Source: Lingula anatina (lineage: Eukaryota > Animalia > Brachiopoda). From it: 64,000 nt of DNA. This document shows, piece by piece, positions 49,501 through 63,532 of this stretch (positions within the stretch are counted from its first letter, which is position 1; each line of letters starts with the position of its first letter). The position numbers and the translations under genes are program-made. The stretch lies in NCBI GenBank assembly GCA_051362555.1, contig CM120643.1, positions 26,726,848 through 26,790,847 on the forward strand, given 5' to 3'. A model generated the notes under the pieces. It had not been told where the DNA came from. It made no database searches and saw only the letters and a program-made list of their open reading frames with translations.

Positions 49501-52500
49501 GATTTTTTTTTTTGAAAACATGTCTACCTTTGGCCCTCCCAAAGACCTTCACTGACCTTTGATCTCACTGATCATCCTTCCCTCCTCCGCGTCCCACACT
49601 CTGATGTTATACTCCAGGTCTGAGGAAGAGACGATGGACTTGCCGTCCTTGGAGAAACTGACACTGGTCACTATGCCAGGGTGGTCAGCTGTCCACTAGA
49701 GGGAGAGACAATATGTAGATAGATAAATGAATATATAAGGGAAAATAAGTTATCAAATATAAAAAAATTGAAAGGAACTTTAATTAAAAAAGGTAAAAAT
49801 CAAAAATAATCATATCAGCACGCTGGTCATTTGAACCTGTAATCTTCAGAAATCAACTGGTCCCATGATGATAAGTATGTACATTGTAAATGATAAAAAA
49901 GCAATCTAGGCCAACTGCTAAATAAACTCTGGGAAAATTAACACACAAAATGAACTCTAAAAACCATATTCATTTACTGATCTGATGCAGGATGCTGCCT
50001 CAGAAAGGAGATGGAATGTTCCAGATTGTCACTTACCAGAACTCTTCCTGTCTGCACATCCCAAACATGCATCTTCTTATCCCAGCCTCCTGATACCATT
50101 CTGTGTTAAAAATAAATAAATCATCATAATAATAATGGAACAGTTGTCAAAAGGCAGTATATTAGTCATCCATATGTCAAATGTTTGAAATGTGCTAGGT
50201 GTGATTGACTGTGCTTGAGTGTGCTTTATGTACTTAGAATTTACCACTTCTTAATACAAGTGTTGAAAAGTGAGCAATGTTGTAAAAAGCTATTGATATC
50301 ATAAAAGAGAAGAAATAAGTTAAGAAAAAATGCAAAGATAACAAAGAAGCATACTTCTTGTTATCAGGACTCATTCTTGCTTGGTTCACGTGGTGAGTGT
50401 GAGCCACAAAAGAGTGCGCCACCTCCCCCTCCTCCACACCCCACAGTTTTACCGTCTTGTCGAAGGACGCGGTCAGGATCTTCTGGTCATCGCAGCAGTA
50501 CTGACAGGACTGGACTGCGTCCTCGTGTCCGCGTAGGACACGCTGCTTCACCTGGAATTATTGTGATATTTTGTTAATGATAATATTTTGGCCAGAAAAA
50601 AGTCTGAATGGAAATTTGATCTTGGTTTACTGCCATTTCTCAGGTTGGGTCAAGTAAGGGGTAAGAGACCCCCCCCCCCCATGTCATAAATGGCTGGCAA
50701 AAGAAATGACAGTTTTCCAATATAGTTTTAGTGCCATACAAAAATCCATAATACCAGTGAATAGATAAAGCAATCACAAATTTTGCCAATGATAGGGCAT
50801 TCCTCCTATGGCATATGCCTAAAGAAAGACAATTTGCTAAGTTTGACCTCCTGACAATTAAGACTACCATGCACTTTTCAACGACCAATTTATTGTGAAT
50901 GAGATAAAAAAAATGTGCTCTGTGGCTAGTAATTAAATAACCTATTTATTCATATCATCATGCAGTTTATGGCATGCAAGTAAATGACTCAATATTCCCT
51001 ATCAGATACAGGCATGGTATTATATAAAACAAAAGACTTACTATTCTCATTAAAGCTTTCTCCACGAGAGCCATGGTATCTGAATATTTACTTCACTTTT
51101 TGTCAGACTTTTATCTGAGCTTTAAAACCCAATTTCCAGGTCTCAGTGAATGTCTGTAACAGTTCTCCGTCTTATCAGCAGAATACTTGAGTACACAAAT
51201 AGCACACAAATGCAACTCTCCTTCAATACACAGAACTAAATGCCTATTGACATAATCCACGTAAATGTCCCACAGTCAAAGCACCAGCATCATGTGCAAT
51301 TACGAGTAAATGTCAAATGTTCAACGACAGTGTCACTGCGCTCCCTGAGGCTTTGGGGCTTAATTGAAAATGATTCAAACAGCCATCAATCCTCCACAAT
51401 CCACAGGTCTTCACGGGTGTAAGTGATGTCGAATTAATCGATTGCCACTCATATCAGATTAAACTGATATGATTGGCATGCCATTGAACACTTGAGACTC
51501 TCTTCAGTTAAAGAGTATCACAGTAATTTCCTAAATCTCAGCTGTGGGGGGAAATTACAACCCCTATACTAATTCCAAGCTTCTGATGAAGATCAATGTT
51601 AGCAGCTTAGCCATAAGATTATCCAAAAAGATGCTCCGCCATCCAAGAAAATACAATCATATTAGGAGCCTTAAGTTATGATGTCTCTAGCTAATCCAGA
51701 CTAGTATTCCTTGTGTTGTACTATATTAGCCTTCAATACAAACAGTGTGAAACTGAGGCAGAGGCTACGCTATAGAAACTACGACTAAGTGTATTTGATT
51801 GTATTGCTGCCTTGCTTTAAGCCCCTGTTTGAATCTTTTCATTGAAAACTGAGATTTGACTCTGTAGGTCTCTTTATTACAGTTTCGTCACAAATTACAG
51901 AGAAAGGCCAGGAGGATTGTTCACAAATAAAGGGCTTTGTTGTGTTTTCAAACTGAGAGAATAGATCTAACACAAAATCCCCAAACAATGTAGTTTATGT
52001 GTTGCTGTTTTGACGCTGTTTTGATTACACATGGTTCAGTGTTGTTGAGAAAGAAACCAGAGTTACAGCAATACAAAACTTTATTGAATTCAGTGTTTAT
52101 TTTTCTTTTGAAAGAGCAAGTGTTGGGTATTGTGTGGCACATAATGATACCGCTATTGGTGTGTGCTATTTCTTATTTCTTTACATGGCAATATTTCATT
52201 GTAACAGTGAATTCATTTTAGGCCACTGTTGCCTCTCTTTGGTTCACAGGCTAAGGCAAAGGAAATATCTGAGTCAAATTACTGTATATATGCAAAATTA
52301 ATGTTTTTTTTTTTTTACATTTTGAAAATCAAAATTTGAACAGGCAAGGAATAAGCTTTTCACATATGGCTGAAAATGCCTATTAAAGTGAAAAGAAGAG
52401 AAGTGTGAGGATGCATATGAGTAGGCTATTAAGGAGACCAGGCCATTTGCTTGGCCTAAAGCCAAACCTTTACTTCACATTCAACCTTGAGGCTGGATTC

Positions 52501-54550
52501 TGAGATAGATTTGAACAGTACTTCTGATACCTTTCTTGAAAATGAATGCTGAAACTGCCATTGGTTGTTATCAGGAAATACATGTATCAACAGAAGGTAA
52601 GTCACTCTGTACAAAAAAAAATTAAAGGAAAATAGTGATAAAAGGCATCGAACTTGACAAGCAGGAATTCTCAACTTCAATACACCTTTCAGTGAATAGC
52701 CAAGTAGTTTTTTTTGGCTCACTCCAGCTATCACATGACTGTATTCTTTAAAATAGTTGAATTTGGGTATGAAAAATGAAAACTCTTGAAATTCTTAATT
52801 ACTGTGCTTCAGTTTGGTTCAGCAAAGTAGATTTATATAAATATATTGTATCTGAATCATGTCAGCTTGTTGTTCAACATACATGTAAGAATATAGATCA
52901 ATGCCAGAGACAGATATGAGTAATGACTTTAAGAAAGGAAATATTCTATTTTTCTGTAAATTTAAACATTTCCCCTTAATCACCAAGGTACACCTTGTCC
53001 AAAACTAAATTATAAATTACAGGGGCAGATTATATAGCTGTTTGGATATGGAGAATGATTGATTTCACTTCAAAAATCTGCTGAATAGATTGATCAACAG
53101 AATCTAAATTAATCATGTACTATAAGTCAATTCCTTCATTTCTAACCTTGATTTGAAAAATTTATATATATATCACTGACTAATGAAACACTAATAAACA
53201 TTTAAAGTGGCTTTTGGGTGGACTAGAATCAAGGACTCTTTCTTCTTTGAAAAATGCAGTAAAATGATGAACCAGGAAGAATATTGTAGTTCTCACCAAT
53301 TACGGCACTTCATGTCCTCTGCATAATTATAACCAGTACATAAGTACTATACTTGATCTTTTCAATGGGCAAAAACTATCAAACTTCCAGATACATAATT
53401 TAATAATCACACAATTTTATTTCTATAAACCACCTGCAGGCCCGTAGCCAGGGGGAGTTCGGGGGGGCTCAAAAGAACTGCCACTTTTGGTGGGAAAAGG
53501 TCCACTCTGGGTAAAATTTGATCTAGGTTCATGAAGTTTTTATGGAAAAAGGTCCACTTTTTCAGAAAAAGAACCCCCCTTTTGAAATTGCTGGCTACTG
53601 GCCTGACCTGTGTTGTTTTTACTGCACAGAATAGAACCACAGAGTACATGTAGCTTGCTTTTTAATTTTGTTGCTACCACTCAACAAACAATGTTTTAAT
53701 TTAGGAAACTATGATCTAAAAATAACTGTATAGTATCTGTAAAAATCACAATACATATTCCCGCTATTGAAAATCTTGACTAACTACTGTGTGTGTGTGT
53801 GTGTCTAAAAGAGAGAGAGAGAGCTCATTGTGTTAGGTGAGATCAGCCAGGTATGTGTTGATGCAATGTGGACTGGATGTGGTTCACAGTTTTTACTGAT
53901 CTCTTATACAGTATACAGGTAACACTGGTTTTGGTAGTGATATTGTTGTTTTCATTCTTTATGATCAAAAATAAAATATCATAAAAATAATAGGAATGAT
54001 AATAATACTAAATGAATGAACAGTTAAATAGATAATATAAAACAGGCTGTGGTCATACTAATATACATGTATTTTTTAATTTAGGCCCATTAGCTATCTT
54101 TTCACTGCATCACTGTTAACTAAAAGTTGTATAATCCAAGTTAGAAAATTTCCTGAAATCATATTTTCTGTGTCTACAGGACACTTTCTGCAAAGCTGCC
54201 AGTACTTATCCTTCTCAACGATTCAGACCTTTAAAATGATAATTGGAGCGGGATAAAATAATTTTCAGTCTTCCCAATTTTTCTGTAGTACATGATTTAT
54301 AAATTTAAAAATATATGGTCTGTATTTTTAAGATCACATTATTTCTATATGCAGCATAGGTTTCAAACAAAACGAACATCCTTGCCTCAAACAAAAAGGA
54401 TCACAGAAGTCACTGTCTATGTACATGAATCAGAAAACAAAGTTTTAAATTAAACTAATTAAAAAATATTCACGCTTGAACTGTATTACTTTCAAATATT
54501 GCACTTACTGCCATGAATTGAAAAAAATCTATAAATAAGTGAAATGCAAT

Positions 54551-54583
<33 letters not shown>

Positions 54584-55091
54584 TTTTTTTGGGGGGGGGA
54601 TTAAAATAAGTGCATGATAGAGAATGTAAACAGTATTTCAACATACACTTAGGCACAGTCCGGGCACTCTTTTTGCACTTTCTTATCTATATCAAAGAAC
54701 CTGCATTTGTCACACAGAAAGGATTGTTTAAATTTACATATTGTGGTTTAAATGTAAATTAAACCATAACAATGACAATGGGCTGGGTCAGGGTTATTTT
54801 ATTATAACTAGGGCATTTTTGTCATATTAACAACAGAGGGACGGAGTTGTTCTTGTCAGAACACAATTGTTTTAAAACTGTTAGCTATTTTAGAAAAAGC
54901 AACCTTTTTACAGTATTTAATTTAATGTCCAACTTTCCAAGTTTTAGTTTATCCAAATTGAAATTTTCAGAAAAATAACTCACGTGTGCAAGCGGTTCAT
55001 GCTCCCATGTTGCAGACTTAGAGCGCTCTTTCAGAGCTGTCGGTGGATTTGATGCCACCTCTGATAATTGTCCTTCACCAGCTTGTGGCAT
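46531..55091 (-). CDS. WDR88: WD repeat-containing protein 88, about 11 coding exons
   Basis: Exon 55091-54984 (MPQAG..TWEHEPLAH) splices to 50551-50355 (VKQRVLRGHEDAVQSC..SFDKTVKLW). Further WD exons lie at about 50100, 49690, 49390, 48935, 48590, 47734, 47366 and 47012. Terminal exon 46683-46531 CTECGKPFS..KCVFCR..EAPEG* carries the CxxC..CVFCR tail typical of WDR88. Confidence 0.9.
51042..51074 (-). CDS. WDR88: Candidate alternative first coding exon of WDR88 (MALVEKALMRI)
   Basis: accATGG Kozak context, 33 nt open, perfect gtaagt donor, phase 0 compatible with exon 2. Confidence 0.5.
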
Positions 55092-55381
55092 ATTCAAAGA
55101 TATGGCAACTCGTCTTCAGTGACACATTGATGAATTTTGGAATGTTTTGATTGGAGACCGTGCCGAAAATGGTCTTTAGAACCCATTTCCACTTGTCGTT
55201 ATCAAGGTCAAATGAACAACCAATGTGTCAATGTGCGAGGAGAGAAATATCTAAAATATGTTTGAATGCAACACAATCATGTTTATTTATTGAAAAAATT
55301 GCATTTTAGGTGAGAATGAGAGCGAAGAATGATCTACGCAGTTACCAAACCCATTACGACATCTAAGAGTATCACGCAAAA
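55092..55381. promoter_or_regulatory. Compact bidirectional promoter region shared by WDR88 and MARCHF6
   Basis: Divergent ATGs 290 bp apart, locally CpG-retaining, with ATTGG near 55151 and CCAAT near 55220. Confidence 0.7.
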
Positions 55382-58300
55382 ATGGCCGACTGGGACGTGC
55401 ACTCAGGTAATAGCAATATTTTATGTTTTCATAAGGACTTGTGGCAAATGTTGTTCTTTTACAACCCATTTCCAGTGTTTTTAAGTTACAATGCACCCTT
55501 TAAATACCACGAATATAAAAACATGAAGATTTTTCATATACCGGTAGGTTACCCGTTGCATGCTAGTCTTGCTTTCCCTTTCTACAGAGAAAAGACAGGC
55601 TTACATAATCGTTTTTGCTTGTTTTTATCAACGCGTTGTTTGTCATCCATGCTTCTTAACTTGCTAAGGGGCGTTTTAAGTGTTATGTTAAGAAGGGTTT
55701 TAGAACTTGGAGAATAAACGTAAAAAATGAGTGCACGATGTAATTATTTACAATCTCCAAGGGGTGGGGGGGGGGGGGGGGGGGGGGGGACAGTGAGGAA
55801 CATACATGTACATGTAGACTAGCCCTTCCCCCTTCTCACTTTACTGTGTGTACAGAGGTAGGGAAATCGCCAGTTCTACTTGAGATGTCAGATGACCTGC
55901 ATGATGTTTGATAATATCACAGATGTTTGATGTTTGATAATATCACAGTTCCTGTTCCTAGACTGACTAGGTTTTAATTGTGTTAAAGTACAATCCAAAA
56001 TAATATTTTTTTGTACTACAGGTTCTCCTGACTTTCATAGTAACTCAGTAAAACTTAAGGGATGTAAGTTAAGTCCAAACCTCCACCATTTTTTGTCTCT
56101 TATGGGACATTTCTTTGTCCACATATTATCAGAAAATGACAAATTTCTACAAACCATATCTTTTAGTACAATATTTTTTTTATAACTTGGCACTAGAGCA
56201 GTTGTTGTCATGGGGAGGAGAATCACCTTGTGCAAAGGACAAAACAATTTTGACACTTACTATATTACATCTATTAGTAATTATAAGTTGTGAAATACCG
56301 TGGGCTTGTTTGGTATTCAAGTAGTTCAAGATTCTTGCTATATAAAACTATAGCTAATATATTTTATATGTTAACAAATTGCAATAAACTAGAATGGCTT
56401 CCTGGTCCCAGCTATCTGGTACATGGACTGTGTTAATCATATATTAATCATGATGATAACCCAGACATGACAGGGTCTCTGAACTCTGCAGGTGTTAGCT
56501 GGAGTTCAAGGCGGTATTATTACTGTGACTGTGGTATTATCACTGTGACTGTGGTATTGTCACTGTGACTATGGTATTATCACTGTGACCATGGTATTAT
56601 CACTGTGACTATGGTATTATTACTGTGACTGTGGTATTATCACTGTGACTGTGGTATTATTACTGTGACTGTGGTATTATCACTGTGACTGTGGTATTAT
56701 TACTGTGACTATGGTATTATCACTGTGACCATGGTAAAAACAAGGACAGAACAGTGTGGTTAATGAACTAATACTTTATGGATGAGTTGAACATGAGCTA
56801 AGCAGTTAGACAAGTGATACTGATGGTGGTTCAGTTCTGTTGTTATATATATAAGAGCATGGATTTGTTTCTTAAAAAGTCGAATCATGGTCTTAGGAAA
56901 GACGGCTAAAAATTTTAGTTGACTAAATGGTGTTTTACCCAAAAGAAAAAAAGTTAACATTCTTTTTTTCAGTCATTTTACTTATTGCCCCAAGACCAAA
57001 TTGTCTAAATAATGATTTCAGATATCAGTTTTAATTCAAATGTGTTAACAACATTTATTATTTTTCATAATTAAAAATTATCTTAGTCAATTTATGCTGT
57101 TTGATATTAGATTTTAGTAGTCCAAATTAAACAAAAAACTTGAGAAGTCTTTCACAAAACAGGACCCATTATTTATTTATTTCTTGACATAAACCTGGCA
57201 CTGCTCTTTAAGCAGCTATGACATCTGATTTTCTTTTACTTTTCCAGAGCACATCTGTCGTGTGTGCAGGTCAGAGGGGGGCCCAGATAAACCTCTCTTC
57301 CACCCCTGTGTTTGTACTGGCAGTATTAAGTTTATACATCAGGAATGGTAAGGATAATGTTTGCTATTACCCTTTCAATATTTCTTATAATGATTCTAAT
57401 TATAAAATTTCTTGTAATGATCGTGTTAATAATAATAAAACCGAGTTTATGTGTGTAACATGAGCAATCTTGAATAGTGTACAGAATACATACAATTGGG
57501 ATTAGACAGTTTAATAGCACTTATTACATGATAATTGGAAAAGTTCTCCCTAACTCACCAAGCCATAAGTAAGAGCATCACCTCTGCTCTTAAAACGTAC
57601 CCTGGTAAATTCATGGTACTTATTGTACCACCAGCGTTAGCGCTGGCGGTACACATGGTTTCGGTCCCGTCCGGATCGTTCCGCCGGCTCCGCCGGCTCC
57701 GCCGGCTCCGTTGGCTCCGCCGGCTCCGCCGGACGGCTACCGTTACCGCTTCTCCTCCTAGACGGTAAGGGCCCCCGTACCCATCTCATGGATTTAGGTC
57801 ACCTATAATCTCAACTCGTTCCACGTAAAATTTGGGCTTTGTCGGTATTGGGGTCTGGGTGTGGCACTCATTGCAATGCACCCTTGTCTAAAAATGGTAA
57901 AATTAAATGCTAATTATCTACCCTACAGAAGGAGTTATGGGAAAAATTTCTATAGACGGCTTTCCAAAAGTCATATGTGTAGATTTCAAATATACCCTTG
58001 GATTTGACCTTTGACCTTTACTTCAAGGTCAAATGGGCCAAAATTTTCAAAAAAATTAAATTTTTTACGAAAAAAATTTTTTTTGCCCTGTTATTCAGAC
58101 ACCACACAGACTTAACCAATAATATTATTGGAAGGTGTTACCCTTCAGGTCATCTTTCATCTCCATGAATTTGGGGTCAATCGGTGCATTTTCACGGGAG
58201 TAGCGGCCATAAGATACCGAAACTGAAAACTGTCTCTAATTCGGGAACCGTTAATGCTAGAGACCCATTCTTTTTTGCATTTTGTAGAGCATGTAAAGCC

Positions 58301-61300
58301 CAACACTGGAGGTGGTCTCGGTTTTTTTGTATTCCATACGGTTTTCGAGTTATGCTGTATCAAAAAGTACATATTGGTGGTAAAAGCAAAATGTGCAGTA
58401 CGGTAATGGATAATAAATTTTGAACTCTGGAAAAATAAAACATAAGGCTTGGCAAAGCAGACAACTTGTGTTCAAAAATGACATTATTTCATCAAATTTG
58501 AACTTCTGAAACTTCAGAGCACCTCCTATTTCAAGAATTTTGACCAAAATGACATTTTCTTTATTTTAATTAATTTTTTCTGTACGAAATTTAAGGCACA
58601 TTATGGTAACTCCAAAATTATAACATTTAGTCCCTTATATCTCCAAAACTGGCAGAGATAGGTCCATAGTTACTATTGAAGTTGAATAGGAAGTCATATA
58701 CTGGCAATCTTACTATGACCTTGAAAGTGACCTTTGACCTACTTTTCACCATAAACTGAACTTTGCAAAATTTGCTTCCCTTTTATCTCCAAAACTGGCA
58801 GAGATAGGTCCATAGTTACTATTGAACTTGAATAGGAAGTCATATACTGGCAATCTAAATGTGACCTTGAAATTGACCTTTGACCTACTTTTCACCATGG
58901 ACTGAATTTTGCAAATTTTGCTTCCCTTTTATCTCCAAAACTGGCTGAGATAGGTCCATAGTTACTATTGAACTTGAACAGGAAGTCATATACTGGCAAT
59001 CTAAATGTGACCTTGAAATTGACCTTTGACCTACTTTTCACCATGAACTGAATTTTGCAAATTTTGCTTTCCTTTTATCTCCAAAACTGGCTGAGATAGG
59101 TCCGTAGTTACTATTGAACTTGAATAGGAAGTCATATACTGGCATTATAAATGTGACCTTAAAATTGACCTTTGACCTACTTTTCACCATAAACTGAACT
59201 TTGCAAATTTTGCTTCCCTTTTATCTCCAAAACTGGCAGAGATAGGTCCATAGTTACTATTGAACTTGAATAGAAAGTCATATACTGGCAATCTAAATGT
59301 GACCTTGAAATTGACCTTTGACCTACTTTTTATCATGAACTGAACTCTGCTAATTTCTTTCTCTTTTAACTTCAAACTTGACAGAGATAGGTCCATAGTT
59401 ACTCTTGAACTTGAATAGGAAGTCATATACTGGCAATTTACTGTGACCTTGAAATTGACCCTTGACCTACCTTACGAAGAACTTAAATTTGATTGTACCA
59501 TATATATTTTTTGCAATAGTTTAAAAATTCTTGTTGATTGCATTTTTACAGCTTGTCAAGCACAAAACTGGTGGCTATGTCCCTTATTTTGTGTATGTGG
59601 GGGTCTATACGAATGCGCTTGCTCCAGCTGGTGGTACAATATTCGGAGGCGGTATCGCCTCTCTGATCCTCTAGTTTAGTTTAAGAGAACAACATATTTG
59701 CAAGTAAACATCTTCAGAAATTTATCCTCCTCCTAACTCCATTTCAGTCTCGTGCAGTGGTTGAAGTACAGTCGGAAGGAGTTCTGTGAACTTTGTAACC
59801 ACCGTTTTTCCTTCACACCTAGTAAGTAGAGGAATTCTTGTTTTATTTATTTTATTTTTGACATTATAATCATCAAATGTCAGAGATCATTACTAGACAT
59901 GTCAGAGATAGATGTGGATTATATTACTAGTAAACTGAGTTAGATTGTATAGTCAGTGGTTCATGTATTTCTTTTGTATATAAGCTGTGACAATTTTTTT
60001 CTGTAATTTAAAAGTTTTTCTCTGTTTTATTTTTAAGGAAAGAAAAGATCTTTGGACTCAACTCCAACTAAATATTAAAAAATTACTTACAAATCATTTT
60101 GTGGAGTCTTTTTACAGAACAATGTATATGATTTAAGTTAGAGATAATTGTATATTACTTTGCATTTCAGTATATTCGCCAGACATGCCAAAAAGATTGC
60201 CGTTTCAGGACATCATCACTGGTCTACTGAAGAGTATAGGGAGGGCAGTCAGATACTGGTTCCACTACACTCTGGTGGCCTTTGCCTGGCTGGGGGTGGT
60301 ACCTCTCATGGCCTGTGAGTGGGCAATACTAGATATTTTGACAGCAAAAAATCATTACAATTTTTTTAGTATTTATGTTTTTCATTGATTTGTCTTTATA
60401 ACATTTAGTGATGCTTCTTACATGTCGAGATTTTACATCGAGAATGGGAGTTTTCCTTTCCTGTAGAGGATAATGTTGACTGCTGGCTGGTTATTATCAT
60501 AATGATATTTGAAAAACATAATTCATTAAAATAATATTTTAAAGTGTAAAGGCAATTTTATTCTAAGTTTGTACTCTGTCTCATCAAGATAATAATAATC
60601 AGTGATATTTTTTTTCTCTAGGTCGAATCTACAGAAGTTTATTTACTGGCTCCGTGAGCTCTTTATTAACTCTCCCTCTGGATATGTTATCTACGTAAGT
60701 ACACCTATTAAACATCAGTGTCATTAATATGTCATTCATAGAAGTCTCACAAGCTTGAAATAAGATTTCATTTATTTCTGAAGACAGGAAAAGGAAATCA
60801 AATGGATAAATATATAAATGAATAAGTGAATCAGTTAATGTGAAAATCTAAATCTAAGCCAAAGTATTTTCTTGTCACTTTCAAAATCTTTAAATCATTT
60901 TGTCTTTCAGAGAAAACATAGCTACTGACTGCCTCCAGGGCTGCTTTGTAGTGACGTGTACACTGTGTGCATTCATCAGTTTAGTCTGGCTTAGAGAACA
61001 GATCCTCCACGGAGGGGGACCAGACTGGCTGGACAATGAAAATCCAGCCAATCATCAGCAGGTTAATGAACACTTCTGTCATGTTTTAGAAAAAAAAAAA
61101 AAATTGGAGCTTTGGTTATGTTTTTTGAATGGGATAGTCTGTTATGAAAGGATGACTACTACTTGAGCCTTTTACCCCCCCCCCCCCCCAAAAAAAAATA
61201 CCTCTACCAAAACTAAAAAGAAGTGAAAAGAAAATAAATTTATTTAGCAATAATTATATAGAATATTTGCATATATCAGTTTAAAACTTAATATAAGTTG

Positions 61301-62974
61301 TTTTTTGTAAAACAAGACTCTCAATTATCATCTATTGAACATATTTTGCTGCTGTGCTTTCATATCCTTAAATAACACAATTGTATCCTTATAGTATGTA
61401 TTGAAGTTCAAGTACAATTAAAAATTCTCCATTGTCTCACATATTCTAATTTAAATTAATTTGTAGATTAATATTTCAAAATTTACATTGAAAAAAATCT
61501 GCTGATAGGTATAACATAATTATGTTTTGATTTTTTTGTTCCAGCGAGGGAACGCTGCAGCCAATCAGGGTGCAGCAGCTGCAGGAGCCAATCAGAATGG
61601 AGGTAATGGTCAGGGAGCAGCCAATCAAAATGGAGCTGAGGAGGATGGGGAAGAAGATGGAGAGGAGGATGAAAACGAAGTGAATAACCAGCCTCAAGGT
61701 AAGGGAAAGTGGATGACATTTGATATTTATTTCATCAGAAATTGATTGCCAGAAATGTCAGTCAAACACACAAACTATCTTAAAACAAATCCTTAGAATG
61801 CTAGTTGTTGACAAGTACAAAATTTTCAAATTTTAACTCTGGCTTATCTAGAAACGACAGTAAAAGTTCATTACAAAGTTGTAGTTGTAGAAGTTATTAA
61901 AATGTTTTATCACTGCAGTGGATAAATTTTAATTTATTCTCCCAGATGAAGTCAACTGGAACCCCATAGAGTGGGATAGGGCTGCCGAGGAGCTCACTTG
62001 GGAAAGGGTAAGTGGAGACCATGGAACTATTTTACAAGTTGTTCTATACCAAACATTGAACATAACTTTAAGGTTGTGAAAATTTGATCTGGTTCAACTC
62101 AAACCTTGCTTGGCATATGCAGATACTAGTAGTGCTCTTAATATGTCAGTCCATGGTTCACTGGGACGGGAAGATTTCAGTAAACAACTAGTATACTTTA
62201 TAAAAAGTTACAGTCAAAGATGACTTCTGTAGATAATGGACATTTTATCAAAGTCAATTCCCTGAGTATCCTCTAGGTCAACTAAACTAGTAACTTTTGA
62301 AAAAAAAAATTTTTTTTACCAATCCAGTGTCGTAGCTGCTGTTGGTAGTTATTTGCCTAGGTGACTAACATTACATGGCTAACATAACATGGCTAACATA
62401 ACATGGCATATGTATGTTATCATGTCTGTGGCAGTATGTGTCATTAAAAATTGATTTCACATTTCCTATAGGAAACTAAAAACAGATGTTAAGAGTTTTT
62501 CATTGTTATTTGTGTTTTATTTTCAGCTGCTAGGGCTGGATGGATCTCTGGTATTCCTGGTAAGTTACAATTATTTGTTTTTATATTTTAAACAGAACTT
62601 TTTTGTAATTAATATAAAAGCAAATTTCTAAGTAATGTCTTAAAATTGCTATGTGAATTAATGTAATAAAAAAAATTAAATTATCATTGATTATTATTGA
62701 CCCTTTATTTAATAGAACTTTAAGCAAATATAGCTTCAGGCTTCAGAAAATAGCGATAAAAAGAAATTAAGTATTCAGTTTAGTGTTACTAAGTAAAATT
62801 TCATTTAAGATGCATTATTTATTCTAAGAGATAAAAAAAATATGTGTGCCATACATTTAATTGGCAGAATTTTAAACATGCTTCTTTAAAGTATGAATAT
62901 ATTTTGTATGTTTTTATTTCAGGAACATGTGTTTTGGGTGGTCTCACTAAATACTCTCTTTATCTTAGTGTTTG
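55382..62974 (+). CDS. MARCHF6: E3 ubiquitin ligase MARCHF6 (TEB4/Doa10), exons 1-10; continues beyond the window
   Basis: Exons 55382-55406, 57248-57347 ([27 protein letters not shown]), 59748-59821 ([16 protein letters not shown]), 60171-60314, 60622-60694, 60911-61061, 61545-61698, 61946-62007 ([13 protein letters not shown]), 62527-62559 and 62923-62974. RING-CH domain plus MARCHF6-specific motifs. Confidence 0.96.
56511..56736. repeat. 20-bp minisatellite (gtggtattatcactgtgact), about 11 copies
   Basis: Seen directly in MARCHF6 intron 1. Confidence 0.95.
57620..59676 (+). mobile_element. Non-autonomous Helentron/HINE element carrying an internal satellite, in MARCHF6 intron 2
   Basis: Perfect subterminal IRs attgtaccaccagc (57622-57635) and gctggtggtacaat (59627-59640), a 9-bp microsatellite (ccgccggct)n after the 5' end, 3' hairpin gaggcg.tat.cgcctc and terminal ctagttt. 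Confidence 0.85.
58630..59470. repeat. 146-bp tandem satellite, about 5.7 units
   Basis: atctccaaaactggc recurs at 58639, 58785, 58931, 59077 and 59223; each unit contains a tgaccttg..tgacctttgacct motif. Confidence 0.95.
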
Positions 62975-63532
62975 GTAAGTGCCATATCAGCTCAGTCTAA
63001 ACTATATGAAAATTATTATATGTGTTCAATTATTAGCACTCTGCACTCTGCCAGATACAGTTTGCCAATGACTAAGTTAACAGTGTCACATGATAAGGAA
63101 TCTGTGATAAGTCAGGTAAATGTTGTTTAATATTGAAAATAAGTTTATAAAAGAAAAAATTATTTTGTGTAATGCCAACATTAATGCTATAGATGAATAA
63201 TAGTGCCTTATTATCCTCAAACTCAGTGGGTTTATTCATATCATGTTAATACAGCCAGATCAAAAGTTTGAATAGCAGCTTTATTGGAATATTTTTGCTA
63301 TCTTATCTTTTTAATTTTTTTTTCAATCACTTGTCATTTTCAAGATGTGACTTTTAACTCCCATCCACCTGATTATGCTGTTTATTATTGTGTAATACTG
63401 CATCAAAATTGATAAAAAAATATTTTATACACATCATTATTTTCTGCTTTGTGTTTTTACATTTGGATGTTTTGCTATCTTGTATGCTACTTAATTTGAA
63501 ATTTGTCAGAAAAGTGCACAATGTTCAGTTGC

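Noticed and set aside
56511-56736. CRISPR-like regular repeat
   Set aside because: Head-to-tail 20-mers with no unique spacers and no cas genes, inside a eukaryotic intron.
58630-59470. CRISPR array or coding repeat (ORF 59184-59426)
   Set aside because: Whole 146-bp units repeat with no spacers; it is a satellite inside a transposon.
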